63,756 nucleotides of DNA, filler included, from Octopus bimaculoides (GCF_001194135.2; 4 parts of 4 records of this genome joined end to end with filler, not necessarily neighbours in it); one strand, 5' to 3'. Shown: positions 1 through 13,379, counted from the whole stretch's first letter. Translations and numbers: made by a program. Notes: generated from the letters alone by a model not told the origin.

Positions 1-84
1 TTTCCTGAGCTTCAAAATAATACACCCTGTTTGTTGTTCTTTCACCTGTCTCTATGTTTTGGATACTTTTTCGTAAATGTTTAA

Positions 85-145
<61 letters not shown>

Positions 146-1002
146 CACTCCTTTTTTTCACAACTCGCGTTTGTTTATTGTCACTTTTAGATGTGAATTG
201 CCTTCTTTCAGCATTATGTTTTCATAGAAATTGTAGCAGACGCATCGTTTCACTAGGTTGTGGATTTCAATGGCTGTTTTTAAGTGTAAATTTATGGCAT
301 TGTCTATGGGTGTCGTCGTTTCATTTGTCAAGACTTTGATTGTTCGATTTTATCTTTAGTATACATTTTTATATTTTTAAATCGTTTTTTTTTGTTTTGT
401 CGTTTTGGTTTGTTTTTCAGCTTCTGTTTACCTGGTAATTTTTCACAAGAATTGTTCTTACACAAAATCTCTTTAGCAAGTTGAGAGTTGTTGCAGCCAT
501 TTTTCTGTTGTTTAATCGTAATGCGTCGTGTGAAGTTCTTCAAAAGTAGCTTATTTATCGCTTATTCATTGGTTGGTTCCCTTGTTGTACCACAACTTTT
601 TGATGAGTACGTCATTTATATTCCGAGTACGTCATTTATATTCTGTTTTGCTAAAGTTGTCGATCTTTCTCCGTCATTAATTATTTCACATTAGAATTTG
701 CAAACCAACTCCAGCAATGCATGACAAAAGGTACACAGAAAGATGCGGCCCGACCCCTAAAGATATTCACTCAAACGCATTAATATATCTAAATTAGCTT
801 TTGGGTAAACTGGATAAACTGGAGGGTGCTGTCCAGTTCCACTAATTCAGAAAAAAATTCAGAGTATTGATAAACCATATCTTTATCAACATACGCGCGC
901 ACACACACACGTATGCACACTCACATGTATATATACATATATGCGTGTGTGTATGTGTCTGTGAGTGTGTTTATGTATGTATATATACATACATATGTAT
1001 GT

Positions 1003-1038
<36 letters not shown>

Positions 1039-1081
1039 NNNNNNNNNNNNNNNNNNNNNNNNNATAAAATAAAAAATAAAT

Positions 1082-1321
1082 GCGCCCTTTTAAGGCCTAG
1101 CCAGACTCATGGGCCCGGTTTCCATGGCGTATGTGTTCCCCAGCTGAACGAGACGCCAGTCCATCGCTGCGTTACTCATTTTTGCCAGCTGAGTGGACTG
1201 AGGCAACGTGAAATGAATTGTTTTGCTCAAGAACATAACGCGTCGCCCGGTCCAGGAATCGAAACCACAATCTTACGATCATGAAGCTGACACCCCTAAC
1301 CACTAAGCCACGCGCCTCCAC
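1082..1321 (-). mobile_element. tRNA-derived SINE (family C)
   Basis: Minus strand starts GTGGAGGCGCGTGGCTTAGTGGTTAGG (Pol III A box), then GGTTTCGATTCC (B box), then a central block TGTTCTTGAGCAAAAC...GTCCACTCAGCTGGCAAAAATGAGT typical of conserved-core SINEs. It cannot fold as a complete tRNA. Confidence 0.8.
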
Positions 1322-2069
1322 ACCCCCGCACTCCCCCCACATATATATGTAAAATTTTCGTTGCATCTTGCAACTTTTTCAAACGAAATATATACATCTA
1401 CATACATTTATATGTATATATGTGTGTTTGTAAATTTAGCTCCCGATCTATCTTTTTTGTATATTTACGTTTATTTATCTCCTACCCCCCCTCTCTCTCT
1501 TTGTTTTCCTTTCTTTCACTCCATGGTCTCTGCTTATTTCTCTCTCTCTCCCTCTCACTCTCTACCCATTTAACCCATTGTGAATCAAGAATGTCTACCT
1601 TTAAACCATTCTTCTGAAAACTGGAATATTGTTTTAAGGATAATGTTGCTAAGTTCTATAAATATCTTCCGTCTGTCTTGCACTTCTCTAAATGAATAGC
1701 GAAATATCGAGTCAATAAAATGCTACCATTCCGACAGAAGACTCTTCTTTCCAATTGCGGAATTAAATTCTTCAAATTTTAATCATTGTTGCTGTTTATA
1801 TATATATATATTTTTTTCTTTGTTTAGTTGACAGCACACTTATTACTGATATTCACTGACAGACACAACGTGTTAGTATTTTACCATAGATCAGCTCTGA
1901 TTGAGCATATCTAGGAAGAAAAGCGTTCCACATTTGCCCACCCCACACTTCTACATCAGCAAATAGAGCTTTCAGTAGAGAATAATTCTAGGTCTATTTT
2001 AACTTCTATTATCAGCATGTCATGTGGCTTTATGTCTTGTTCTGACTACTCTGACTGTCTGTTTGTCTC

Positions 2070-2428
2070 TCACTCTCTTTCACTCTCTCACTCTCTTTCC
2101 CTCTCTCTCTCACTCTCACTGTCTCTCTCTCTCACTCTCACTGTCTCTCTCTCTCTCTCACTTTCACTGTCTCTCTCTCTCACTCTCACTGTCTCTCTCT
2201 CTCACTCTCACTGTCTCTCTCTCTCTCTCACTCTCACTGTCTCTCTCTCTCACTCTCACTGTCTCTCTCTCTCACTCTCACTGTCTCTCTCTCTCACTCT
2301 CACTGTCTCTCTCTCTCACTCTCACTGTCTCTCTCTCTCACTCTCACTGTCTCTCTCTCTCACTCTCACTGTCTCCCTCTCTCACTCTCACTGTCTCTCT
2401 CTCTCACTCTCACTGTCTCTCTCTCTCA
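2070..2428. repeat. Minisatellite, about 20-24 bp unit (CT)n-CACTCTCACTGT
   Basis: About 14 tandem copies of CACTCTCACTGT separated by variable (CT)n. Explains the SLSLTLTV-repeat ORFs at 2017-2449. Confidence 0.95.
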
Positions 2429-2479
2429 GCTGTTGGCGGTGAACTTTAAGCCCGAAGTTAGAATCTCTACAATAATCCG

Positions 2480-2610
<131 letters not shown>

Positions 2611-2900
2611 TGGCGCTTGTGTTTAACTCCAATGCAATCCTGATCGAGAAGACTTACAATTGGAAGCGTTTCAACCATGACTACCTCACTTATTTTCAAG
2701 CACTGTGTATCTTGGACTATGTTGCTTAATGTTTTATTTAAAAGATGACTAACGGTCATCAAGAGGCTGGCTTTATTGTTTCAAAAGTGAAAATGGCGTG
2801 TGTGTTTGTGCAATGGGTGTATCTGTGTGTATGTGAATGTGTGCACATGTATTGTGCTCGTGTGCGTACGTATTCGTACATTCTTGTGTATGCGTGTGTA

Positions 2901-2945
<45 letters not shown>

Positions 2946-3175
2946 TTTCATGCATGCGTTTCTGTGTAAGCGTGTGTATATATGAGTCTAGTTTTTGTGC
3001 GCGTTTCCCTATATTTTGTCTGTGAGATTCTAGGTTTGTATGTCTCTCTCATTATCACACTCTCTCTCTCCTTCTCTTCCTTCTTTCTCTCTCTCCCTCT
3101 CTCTCTTTCACCTTCCTTTCCTCGCTCTGTCTCTCTTGTTTCTTCTCTCTCTGTCCACCTCTCTCTCTATCTCTA

Positions 3176-3241
<66 letters not shown>

Positions 3242-3769
3242 TGTCATTCCAATAGCTTACTTACATCTCTCCAACTTTATCCGTTCATTGATCCACGGCT
3301 ACCTTATCTCTCACCTCATTGGTTCCTCTCATCCAACGTCTCTTTAATTATTCATCGAACCAACGACCAGTCTTTCTATCAGTCACCTTAATCCAACAAC
3401 TCATTTTCTCCTCCATATTATTCTACTAAATATTTCTTCAGATCTTGCCGCAGGAGAAATGGCATATTTCAACACACACAAACTGTCGGAACGGATCAAA
3501 GTATAATACACTGAGATAGATAAAGAGAGGTATCGATCGGTAGATCGAATCTTACGTATACAAATCTGTGTTTTAGTTGTCTTTCTATGCCTAAATTATG
3601 AACACTTCTAGGTCACGTGATCAAGAAATATGTCTGGTGTCAGAATCACAGCGTTTGGAACAAAGCGTAACCAAAAGTAACCCAAGCATTAGTCAGCAAC
3701 CTAATTCTTTTGGAATAACAGGGATCCATAAGGTTTCCGTCTTCTGCAATACACTGGCACAATGGTTAC

Positions 3770-3957
3770 ACTACTGGACAATAATATCTACGGTATCTAC
3801 TGACGGCTTGTTTCGTTCCGAGTTCAAATCCAGCCGAGATCGACTTCGATTTTCATCTTTTCATAAATCGGTACGATAAAGTACCAATCAAGTTCTGAGG
3901 GCGAATGAAGCAACTAATCTTCTTCTGCCCAAAACTTCTGGCCTTCTCCCTAAATTA
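3770..3957 (+). mobile_element. Degenerate SINE family B copy
   Basis: GAGTTCAAATCC B box, then GATCGACTTCGATTTTCATC...ATAAAGTACC and a tail ending GGCCTTCTCCCTAAATTAG; aligns by eye to the copy at 63405-63612. Confidence 0.65.
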
Positions 3958-4274
3958 GCCAGAGTTGTTGTTGTATCCTTTGTTAATTCCTTTCGTGTTG
4001 TTGTTATTATTGCACACAAAGGAATGACACAACTGCTTGAACGAAACAATAGATCCAATCTTCCTACGAACCAATGTGTCGAATATCCAGGATAATTCCA
4101 TCGATATTATGGATCTTCGTTTTTTACTGAAAGTTTTCGGGTTCAAAGCTCTTAGACGATATTGGGGTGGATTGGTGGTGCTCGTCGTGGGTGGATATTT
4201 CTCTGTTTTAATCAACAATCAGAGCCACTATATCTGGAACCGGTCTGTGTAGGTAGGTAGGTAGATTGATGCAT

Positions 4275-4364
<90 letters not shown>

Positions 4365-4371
4365 CAGTGTA

Positions 4372-6180
4372 TTCTTTTATTCTTTTTTATTCTTTTATTC
4401 CACCAGTATCATCACGTTTTCAATGACCATTCTCGTGTGGTTAGATTTGTTGATGGACAAGTTTGATATTGCTTGATCTTGGAAAGTAGAAGGTCAACCT
4501 GCTTCTTGAATACAGCGAACTTCACTCCATGTAGACCTCTCAAGTTTTTCTGACAAAATATTGAATAGCTGTGGGCCTTTGAATTCCAAGCTTTTGCACT
4601 GCCTGGTCCTTGATCTAGATGGGATGGGTGGGACCTTTGGAACAGTGAATTGACATCCTGTTCCCGATGCCAAGGTTTAGTGCCAGCCATTCTAAGATCT
4701 TCCAGATGTATATCGCCACATATCTCTCCCGTCGTCGCTCCAATGTGTTTAGCCGTAACCCTTTCAATCCCTTCCAGTAGCTCAACTGTTACACTGATGC
4801 AATCTTCTGAGTGAAGCACCTCTGAACTTCCCCCCTGTAACGAAATTAATTTGACCGTGTGTTGTGACCATGGTCAAGAGCAGTAGTCCAGGCAGCTGAG
4901 GAGAAATATCATCCATAGGGCCAGTGTAGCTTTCTGATCCCTTGTTCTGAAAATTCTCAGAATCTATACGGTCATTTGCCTGTTCATTGTCATCATCCTG
5001 GTGGTGTTTGACTCTAGGATTGCTGCTCCTTTTGATCAAAAGTATCTCTGTTGCGGAGTGTCAGCACAAGTTGGCTGGTAACGGAGGGCTTGGAATTGCT
5101 TTGCATTAAACTGAATGCTATTTTCTTCTGTAGAAGATTAGATCAAGATGTTCCTTGACTACTTGTAGTACTTTTGTGTCGACGGCACAGCTAGTAAGAG
5201 TAACTGATGGTATGCTCGAGAGGGTCACAAGCAGTAGCGGCCCCAAGACAGTTTCCATAGTGACACTCCGCTCACTATGAATGTCTTCTTCGAGGGGGCT
5301 CCATTGGTTGCTAGAGCCTAGCTTCTGTCTTTTAAGAAGTCATGTAACCACTCTCAGTTTTCCAAAAGAGCCAAACCCTTGTAGCTTGTGGTGTATTACC
5401 CTGTGTTCGACCTTATCAAAGGTCTTTGCAAAACCGAGACATATCGCAGCCACGTTTGAGTGATTCCTTAGTCCTTCCAATCCCCAGTCATAATGCTGCA
5501 GGAGTTGTGTAAGGCAGCCTCTTCCTGCCACCCTTTCATACTGAACCCTGACGTCAAAGAACTCATCAAGTGTAGCTATTTGCAAGTGTCCCAACGGAGA
5601 TGTGATAGCACATTTGTATTGCACATTCAGTATTTCACTTATCCTCTAGGGGCCTGTAGTCAATGAGCCGTTTTCTTCGAACAGCGGCCATATGTCGTAC
5701 TGCACTGAAGCAGACACTTTTACAAGTCTATTAAGGTTTCTAGAGTTTGTCTCTACATTTTTACAGCCCTGGCTTCTTTTCCTGCCCTCTCCTTTTCATA
5801 GGAATATTTGAGTTTACTTTCAACCTCAAGCACTGCTTGTTTGAGATAGGATAACCCACTTCCGACGATTTAAGATCTTTGCTCGTCGTCTCATTAGAAT
5901 CTACCTACCCCCAGGAGTTATGTCTTTATTTTATTTGGCATTCTCTCTGGGGCAAACTTACTGCATGTGTCATGCAAGATTGTCACAAAGAACTGTAGCG
6001 TTATGTCAATACCATACGTAAAGAGGCTGGCAGACCAGTTTTGTTCTAAGACCTTCTGTTCTAGGAATAGCCTTCCAATTAACTTTATGACAGTTCAGGT
6101 TGTGAAGCAGTCGAGTGCTTCTAGTCAACTGCAGGATTCGTTGCATTTCCCAAAAAACAGTAAAAATGTCCTTGGGCAAT
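4372..6180 (-). mobile_element. Degenerate non-LTR retrotransposon (CR1/L2/Jockey group), RT and C-terminal region, internally deleted
   Basis: Minus-strand translation with frameshifts gives ILMRRRAK, GSLTTGP*RISEILNVQYK, GCLTQLLQHYD...ICLGFAKTFDKVEH (RT, cf. LDFAKAFDKV), SGV..TVLGPLL (cf. SGVPQGSVLGP), SCAVDTK (decayed YADDTK), LERRRERYVAIYIWKILE and LRGLHGVKFAVFKKQVD, ending in an A-rich tail near 4375. Confidence 0.9.
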
Positions 6181-6227
6181 TGTATATTCGTTTGTACGTT
6201 TATATAAGAGTGCGTGCATGTTACAGC

Positions 6228-6343
6228 TGATCTATCTATCTATCTATCTATCTATCTATATATCTATCTATCTATCTATCTATCTGTCTGTCTGTCTATC
6301 TGTCTGTCTGTCTGTCTATCTGTATGCATGCATGTATGTATGT
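6228..6343. repeat. Compound tetranucleotide microsatellite (ATCT)n-(GTCT)n-(ATGT)n
   Basis: Directly visible; runs into an N gap. Confidence 0.95.
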
Positions 6344-6948
6344 NNNNNNNNNNNNNNNNNNNNNNNNNNNNNNNNNNNNNNNNNNNNNNNNNNNNNNNNN
6401 NNNNNNNNNNNNNNNNNNNNNNNNNNNNNNNNNNNNNNNNNNNNNNNNNNNNNNNNNNNNNNNNNNNNNNNNNNNNNNNNNNNNNNNNNNNNNNNNNNNN
6501 NNNNNNNNNNNNNNNNNNNNNNNNNNNNNNNNNNNNNNNNNNNNNNNNNNNNNNNNNNNNNNNNNNNNNNNNNNNNNNNNNNNNNNNNNNNNNNNNNNNN
6601 NNNNNNNNNNNNNNNNNNNNNNNNNNNNNNNNNNNNNNNNNNNNNNNNNNNNNNNNNNNNNNNNNNNNNNNNNNNNNNNNNNNNNNNNNNNNNNNNNNNN
6701 NNNNNNNNNNNNNNNNNNNNNNNNNNNNNNNNNNNNNNNNNNNNNNNNNNNNNNNNNNNNNNNNNNNNNNNNNNNNNNNNNNNNNNNNNNNNNNNNNNNN
6801 NNNNNNNNNNNNNNNNNNNNNNNNNNNNNNNNNNNNNNNNNNNNNNNNNNNNNNNNNNNNNNNNNNNNNNNNNNTATATATATATAATGATATGTATATA
6901 TCATATAGAGACATATAGCTAGAGAGATAGATAGAGACATACATACAC

Positions 6949-6979
<31 letters not shown>

Positions 6980-7535
6980 CACACATACATACACATATAC
7001 ATACAAATATACATACACATTGTGATACAGATACATACATACATATGTGTATGCGCACATGCATACGGGCACACACAAGACAAACATTCCTGTGAATGTG
7101 AGTGACCGTATCTGCCTGTCCGTGAATGAATGCGACTGACGTTGATGAATAATGTGTATGAATGTGTGTGTGCGCGCGGGTGTGCGTGTGTGTGTGTGTG
7201 TATGTGTGCGTGTGCGTGTGTGTGCGTGTGTGTATCGGTTGCATGAATGACGAGTAAGTGTTGTTTGTAAAAGTTAGTCTACAAAGAGTGAAATAATAGA
7301 AATATATGTGTTGGTAATTGAATGAGTCAGAGAGGGAAGTTGAAGAGGATTGCGTGAGAGCTTTTATGAATGAAAGAAGAGTGAAAGAGAGAGAAAGAGA
7401 GAGAGAAGGGAAGAGAGAGAGAGAGAGAGACAAGGGGAGAGAGCGAGGGAGAGGAGACGGAGGGAAAGATGCAAAGAGGTGAGACGTCAGTTAAATTAGG
7501 CGTCTGTGTGTGTGTGTGTGTGTGTNNNNNNNNNN

Positions 7536-7586
<51 letters not shown>

Positions 7587-7789
7587 GACACTGCCATACA
7601 AACATACATACATATTGCTACACCCATATATATGAATGTATTATGTATATACACACGCGCAAATATATACGCATTAGTATATCATATCATATATATATAT
7701 ATATGTTATATATATATATATGTTATATATATATAACATATATTTGTATGTGTGTGTGTATATATATATATATATATACATACATATAT

Positions 7790-7839
<50 letters not shown>

Positions 7840-8117
7840 NNNNNNNNNNNNNNNNNNNNNNNNNNNNNNNNNNNNNNNNNNNNNNNNNNNNNNNNNNNNN
7901 NNNNNNNNNNNNNNNNNNNNNNNNNNNNNNNNNNNNNNNNNNNNNNNNNNNNNNNNNNNNNNNNNNNNNNNNNNNNNNNNNNNNNNNNNNNNNNNNNNNN
8001 NNNNNNNNNNNNNNNNNNNNNNNNNNNNNNNNNNNNNNNNNNNNNNNNNNNNNNNNNNNNNNNNNNNNNNNNNNNNNNNNNNNNNNNNNNNNNNNNNNNN
8101 NNNNNNNNNNNNNNNNN

Positions 8118-8160
<43 letters not shown>

Positions 8161-8761
8161 ATGTATATGTGTATGTATGTAATAAATGTGTGCGTATATA
8201 TCGTGGAGGCATGGGGCAGAGGTATGCGTTGGCGGCGGCGGCGGTGGTTGGTGGCCATCTCCGCTGCACCATGAGTCATGTTTACACTAACCTTAAGTGT
8301 TATTTTAGCCAGCTAGGGGTGGGAGTAGGAGGAGAGCCACTGTGGGGCTTGACCTTTCCTCCCACTTCCAGGACATTACCTCACAACTGTCCCCCCCCCT
8401 CCATCGCCTGTCTGCTTCTCCGTCTGTCTCTCTCTTTCTCCCTCCCCCTCTCTCACTCTCTCTCATAACATGAATAATTCACACAACTTTATTAACGCCG
8501 TCAGAAGGAACCAAAAACCATCCCCCGTCCCTCTGTTTCTGAATGTGTTGTTCAATGTGCGTGTAGATATATATATGTGTGTGTATATATTCATTGGAGC
8601 GCTTGTATGTGTATGTGTGCGTGAGTATGTATGTGTGAGTTATATCTGTTTGTGTGTCTTTGCTATATAATGTATATGTGTTTAGTATGTTTTGTATTAG
8701 TTGGTGTGTATGTATGTGTTGGTGTATACATAGAGTCTATATGCATGTGTGTGTATGTATA

Positions 8762-8844
<83 letters not shown>

Positions 8845-9055
8845 CACACACACACACATACACATATACATATATAAACACCCACAGATATGGTGTTCGT
8901 ATGCATGCATGTGTAGGTACGCAACGCCTCTATGTGTGCGTGAGGGAACGAATATAATTAAATGTTTGTATATGCAAATGTATTTATATTTGTATGTACG
9001 TGTGCAGGTATGAAATTAAATGAGTGTATATGTAGACCCCCCCCCACCACAACCA

Positions 9056-9087
<32 letters not shown>

Positions 9088-9589
9088 ACTGGCTGAAGTG
9101 TCTGCTGATTCAACACTTTTCAACAAACTGCAACAACTACAACAATAATCGCAGCTGTCTCTGAAATCCCCCAACGCCGATGTGGTACCAACAGCAGCTC
9201 AGTACTAACTGTCTGTAAAACGGTCTCACCATCAGATATAAATCAAAGATGCAATGCAACCAGAGATATATGGCAGCCATTTTAGAAAGTTAACTACACT
9301 CTCTCGGATTACACAACTAAACCAGGGCACCAGACTCTACACTATTGCATTCCTGTACTACACTTTAATACACTACCGCTATACTACATACCATACTATA
9401 ATACACTACTACATCACTCTGTCATATACTACTATGCACTGCAGTAGTCCAATCGGGCAAAAGTAAAAGGAACACTATCATTGGGCTCCCTGTCAGAAGG
9501 GGACTCAACGACCCTCTTGTGTGAGGTTATTTATTATTAATTGTTGTGTATTAATGGTTTATAAAATATCATAATTATTTAGTATAAGT

Positions 9590-9650
<61 letters not shown>

Positions 9651-9659
9651 TTATGACTT

Positions 9660-9772
9660 ACATTATTTACATTTGACGGATATTTGTCTTCATCTTGTTT
9701 GTTGTTAACACAACGTTTCGGCAGGTATACCTTCCAGCCATCATCAGGTGTCTTGGGGAAATTTTGAACCTG
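9660..9772 (-). mobile_element. Short Penelope-like terminal-repeat (pLTR-like) fragment carrying a hammerhead motif
   Basis: Contains CTGATGA...GAAAC on the minus strand next to an (ATT)n tract. Minimal hammerheads are an established feature of Penelope-like element pLTRs. No coding sequence attached. Confidence 0.55.
9707..9752 (-). ncRNA. Minimal type I hammerhead ribozyme motif
   Basis: Minus strand reads GACAC-CUGAUGA-U-GGC(uggaagguauaccu)GCC-GAAAC-GUU-GUGUU. Core boxes are intact, stem I is GACAC:GUGUU, stem II is closed by GGC:GCC, stem III is the palindrome AACGUU, and the cleavage triplet is GUU. Confidence 0.7.
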
Positions 9773-9775
9773 CAC

Positions 9776-9865
9776 GGGCATATGGCGTAGTAGTTAAGCG
9801 TGCGGGCTACTAACCCCAAGATACCGCGAACGATGTAATCGACTCATCCCCAAGCTGCTCTTGTG
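9776..9865 (+). mobile_element. Truncated tRNA-derived SINE head
   Basis: GGGCATATGGCGTAGTAGTTAAGCGTGCGGGCTACTAACCCC resembles a tRNA 5' half with an A box; B box region missing. Confidence 0.4.
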
Positions 9866-10330
9866 GAAAAACTTTGAAATAATTAATATAATGTTTATTA
9901 TAACGAGTCTTACATAATTATGTGTTTAAATATTAAAATATTGAGATTGGTTTGTTATATAATAGTTTAGTTAATTAAGTAAATACTAGTTGAATACTAT
10001 ATACAGATATGGCAACATTAGAGACACCACAGAAAACAATAAACTGTATTCGTTTGTTAGCATAATAGTAATAGCATCAGCACCATTTCTCCATGCGCAC
10101 AGCCATACAGCCATATCCTAATCAGTGAATCTAAAATATTTTCAACAACTGTTTTGTTCAGTGGCTTCTAACTCCATCTGTATCCATTCAACGCTTGACG
10201 TCTGAAATATGAATGATGTATGCAGTATTGTCCTAAAGTACGGCCATACTGGACAGTTAACCAGGCCAACCACGGGTCTAGAGGGGCGACCAAGTCAATT
10301 CAATGATGAATCTGTTATAAAACTTATAAA

Positions 10331-10793
10331 GTAGGTGTTGCTGTAGCTCGTAGAATATATTCATAGACTGATGGTTACTAGCTGTTTGGGAAAGAGCTCA
10401 CTCGCTAAATTCAGACTCGCGAAGAGTTTTCTGACAACCATGGTGACCCATGCAAAACAAAATGTCCTGTGTCTTTTACATGTAAAAATTAGTTTTCTAA
10501 AAGTCATGGTGTTTCAGGATTACGTTAACGATTTTCTAGAAGCCAAGTGTAGACAAAGTCTTTTTGTAGGTATTGCAGTAATGTATACAGCTGTAACATA
10601 ATGAAACTTGTTGCAGTGAGTTTAGACGATAAAATCATATACATTCCCAGAAGTGTTTCAACTTACTACGTGCTTTCTTGTGGAATAAATGAACTTTGAG
10701 AAGTTCATGAAATATGTATTTTAATTTTTGTGTTAGAGGCTCCCACAAAACTTACAGTACCCTGGGCTCCGCTAAGGTCTAAATCCAGTTCTG
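10331..10793 (+). mobile_element. hAT-superfamily transposon 3' end (C-terminal dimerisation domain remnant plus right TIR)
   Basis: ORF 10371-10601 MVTSCLGKSSLAKFRLAKSFLTTMVTHAKQNVLCLLHV...DYVNDFLEAKCR matches the hAT pattern VT.CSGERSFSKLKLIK..LR.TM.Q.RL..L.LL..E...I.DF...K.R. The end GGGCTCC...GGTCTAAATCCAGTTCTG resembles Tip100-type TIRs. Confidence 0.75.
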
Positions 10794-12184
10794 CGTTCTT
10801 CCTAGTGTTTCTCCTAATCGGTAATCGGGTACTGTGACTAATGAATAGGGGCAGGCAATTTAGTGTGGTTTGTAAAATTTTAAGACTTGTCCAACAAGTT
10901 TTTTAAAAAGAATTTTATGTTTGTACATTGTATTCTGTCTTTTCATAAATAAAGAGTGGAGTGGGCGAAATGTATATTTCACTGGCATTTCTTTGGGAGA
11001 AGGATAGAAGTGGGGGTGGGGGTGGATCTGGTGTTTTTTTGAGGTGGAGATGTGTAGTATTTTGGAATGGGGATAATTTGTAGCTTTGGAGTTGGTGTAG
11101 CTTACGAATTGAGAAACGTTCTTCTCCATTCTTACTAAATCAAAACGGTCAACCTTCTTTTGTCTCTCATCCCTTCTCCAACCCAAGCTCTCATCTACAC
11201 TTCATCCACCCTCTACTCTACTTTGACACTTACCCACCTCTATATCCACCCTCATTTAACATTCATACTCTTCATCCACCTTCACTCCCCGTCCTATACT
11301 CATCTCTACCTTACTTTAAAACCACCCACCCTTCTCCCACCCTCATTCTCCACCCTGCATTTACACTCATCAACCCTCACCTTATAATCAACCTCTCTTA
11401 CACATTATTTAAAACTACATAAATCCACCTTAATAAACAAATAATGTCATCACTTGAAACTTTAATCTCTCTCATCCAATTTATTTCGACAAATTAAATT
11501 ACGTAAGCGACATCATCAATAAATAAAAATATGCTGAAAGCATTATTTAGTCTGAAACATATTATAGTTTTAGGTTTAACCCCCACTCCAAGCCATCGAG
11601 AAAATATGTGGTGGAAGGTTAAAGGACTGAGGAATAAAAAGAAATGTCGATGCCAATCAGTTAAGCTTTTAATCTCAAAGAAATTCGGTAAGAGAAGTAA
11701 ATCTATTTACGATACATAAATAGAACTTCAATCTCTATTTGCAGTTATTTCCGATTTATTTCATAGAACATCTCTTGAAACAGTACATCGCATGGCAGTT
11801 GTGGCGGTGGACGGGTGGACAAAGATAGGAACGAGAGAGAGAGAGGGACAGAGTTGTATTGCAGTCGGCCTTGATTCGGAGTTCAAATGATAGGTTCCTC
11901 GCTTCATTATGGTAAATAAGAACTAAGTATTTAGTTATAGCAAGTTAATTATTACACTCTTATTCAAATGTTCTTTAATGATAGAGTCAAAGGTGAAAAG
12001 GCAACAATTATGACCTTTCATGGCGGGGGTCATTTTTCGTTACTGGAGGGGAAGGAAGGGAAGGAGTTAGGATCAGACGAAAGATTTGAATGTTTAGAAT
12101 AAAGTAGACCCTGTCACAAATAAACACAAGGTATCATATTGTGTCAAGCTAGGATGAAATGTGACACCCTACAACAGAAACTGT

Positions 12185-12295
12185 CTTTCTACACAGCTTC
12201 TGTCAACCAAATTTCATTCTGAAGGTTCAGGTCGACCTGAAATGTTTGTAGAAAGCATTCGCCGTACAATGGAATTGAAATCGAAACGACAACTG
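12185..12295 (-). mobile_element. Old SINE family A head fragment
   Basis: Diverged match to the family A head seen at 13620-13720 and 53310-53410. Confidence 0.45.
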
Positions 12296-12339
12296 TACGT
12301 GTTCTTCTGACAAAGATAGAGATTGTTATTCTGTGTTGG

Positions 12340-12535
12340 ATGGCGAGCGTCGTAAACGATGCCTGGTGGAGTTTCTTCCTTATATTCTGGATTAAAAAGC
12401 TGCCAAAATTAACTTTACCTTTTATCCTTCCGGGATCGACAAAATAAAGTACCTGTCAAGTACTGGGGTCAATGTGACCGACTAGGTCCCCCCTGGCACC
12501 CAAATTGCTTGCCTTGTCTCCAAATGAGAACCGTA
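12340..12535 (+). mobile_element. Degenerate SINE family B copy
   Basis: TTTACCTTTTATCCTTCCGGGATCGACAAAATAAAGTACC...TACTGGGGTCAATGTGACCGACT matches the family B core. Confidence 0.6.
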
Positions 12536-13159
12536 ATTATTTTCTATTCGAAAGTTGATCTCCATCTGTGTCAGAGTATTTAATTGCCTGATGCGGTTTC
12601 GGTGCTGAATCTATTACACTTCATACTCTCTTCTAATGTTCACATAGGAACATTTATGCAGACTAACGTCGCTAATTACTTGTGATAATTAATCATAAGG
12701 TGTAATTGCTGTTTGGAGATCGAAAAATGTAACTTGGATACGGGAGATCGTCTAAACAATTTCAGAGCGCTGAAAGTATGTTATCATGACAACAAGGCAG
12801 ATAAAATAATAAATTAGAAAAATAAACACAAATAAGAAAAACACTTCATTTTGTCAAGCAAACTGCATCTGAAGACAAACCCCAAAATATAAAGCTTGAA
12901 TAGAAAATGTTCCCATCAACATGGCTTACCCTTCCTCAACGACCTAACTTGTTTGTAATAGTTATGTCGTAGGCGGACAACAAAGAGTTAAAATGCACAG
13001 GAGATTTATTTCAATGCTGAACTCAGACTTAATCTCTTGTTTTAGTCATGACTAAGAGTTATAGGTGCGAAATATTAAAAAAAATGTAATATTTTATAAA
13101 CCTTTGCATTGTTGCATTTCTTTTATTCACAGACAGACGTGTGTAAGGGAACGCTTGTA

Positions 13160-13367
13160 CGATAGAGGCGAGCAGCGAGAGCGAGGGCTGTGCACCGCAT
13201 TCAGTGGATATAAAAAAAAGTTCTTTATTTCTGGATTAAAATGCTACCAACGATTTCACAGGAAATTTTTTACATGAGATCATTGACAAAGCTGTCCACC
13301 CACAAATGATGAATATTTATCCACCGAATGCGGTGTTGAGCACTCGTTCTCACTGTTGTCACCACCG
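13160..13367. mobile_element. MITE with about 55-60 bp imperfect TIRs and TA flanks
   Basis: CACCGCATTCAGTGGATA (13193-13210) is the reverse complement of TATCCACCGAATGCGGTG (13318-13335) at 17/18. Similarity extends outward to TA dinucleotides at 13158-13159 and 13368-13369. Confidence 0.7.
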
Positions 13368-13379
13368 TAACTTATATAT

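Noticed and set aside
2070-2428. Repeat array as CRISPR-like
   Set aside because: No unique spacers, eukaryotic context and no cas genes; it is a simple minisatellite.
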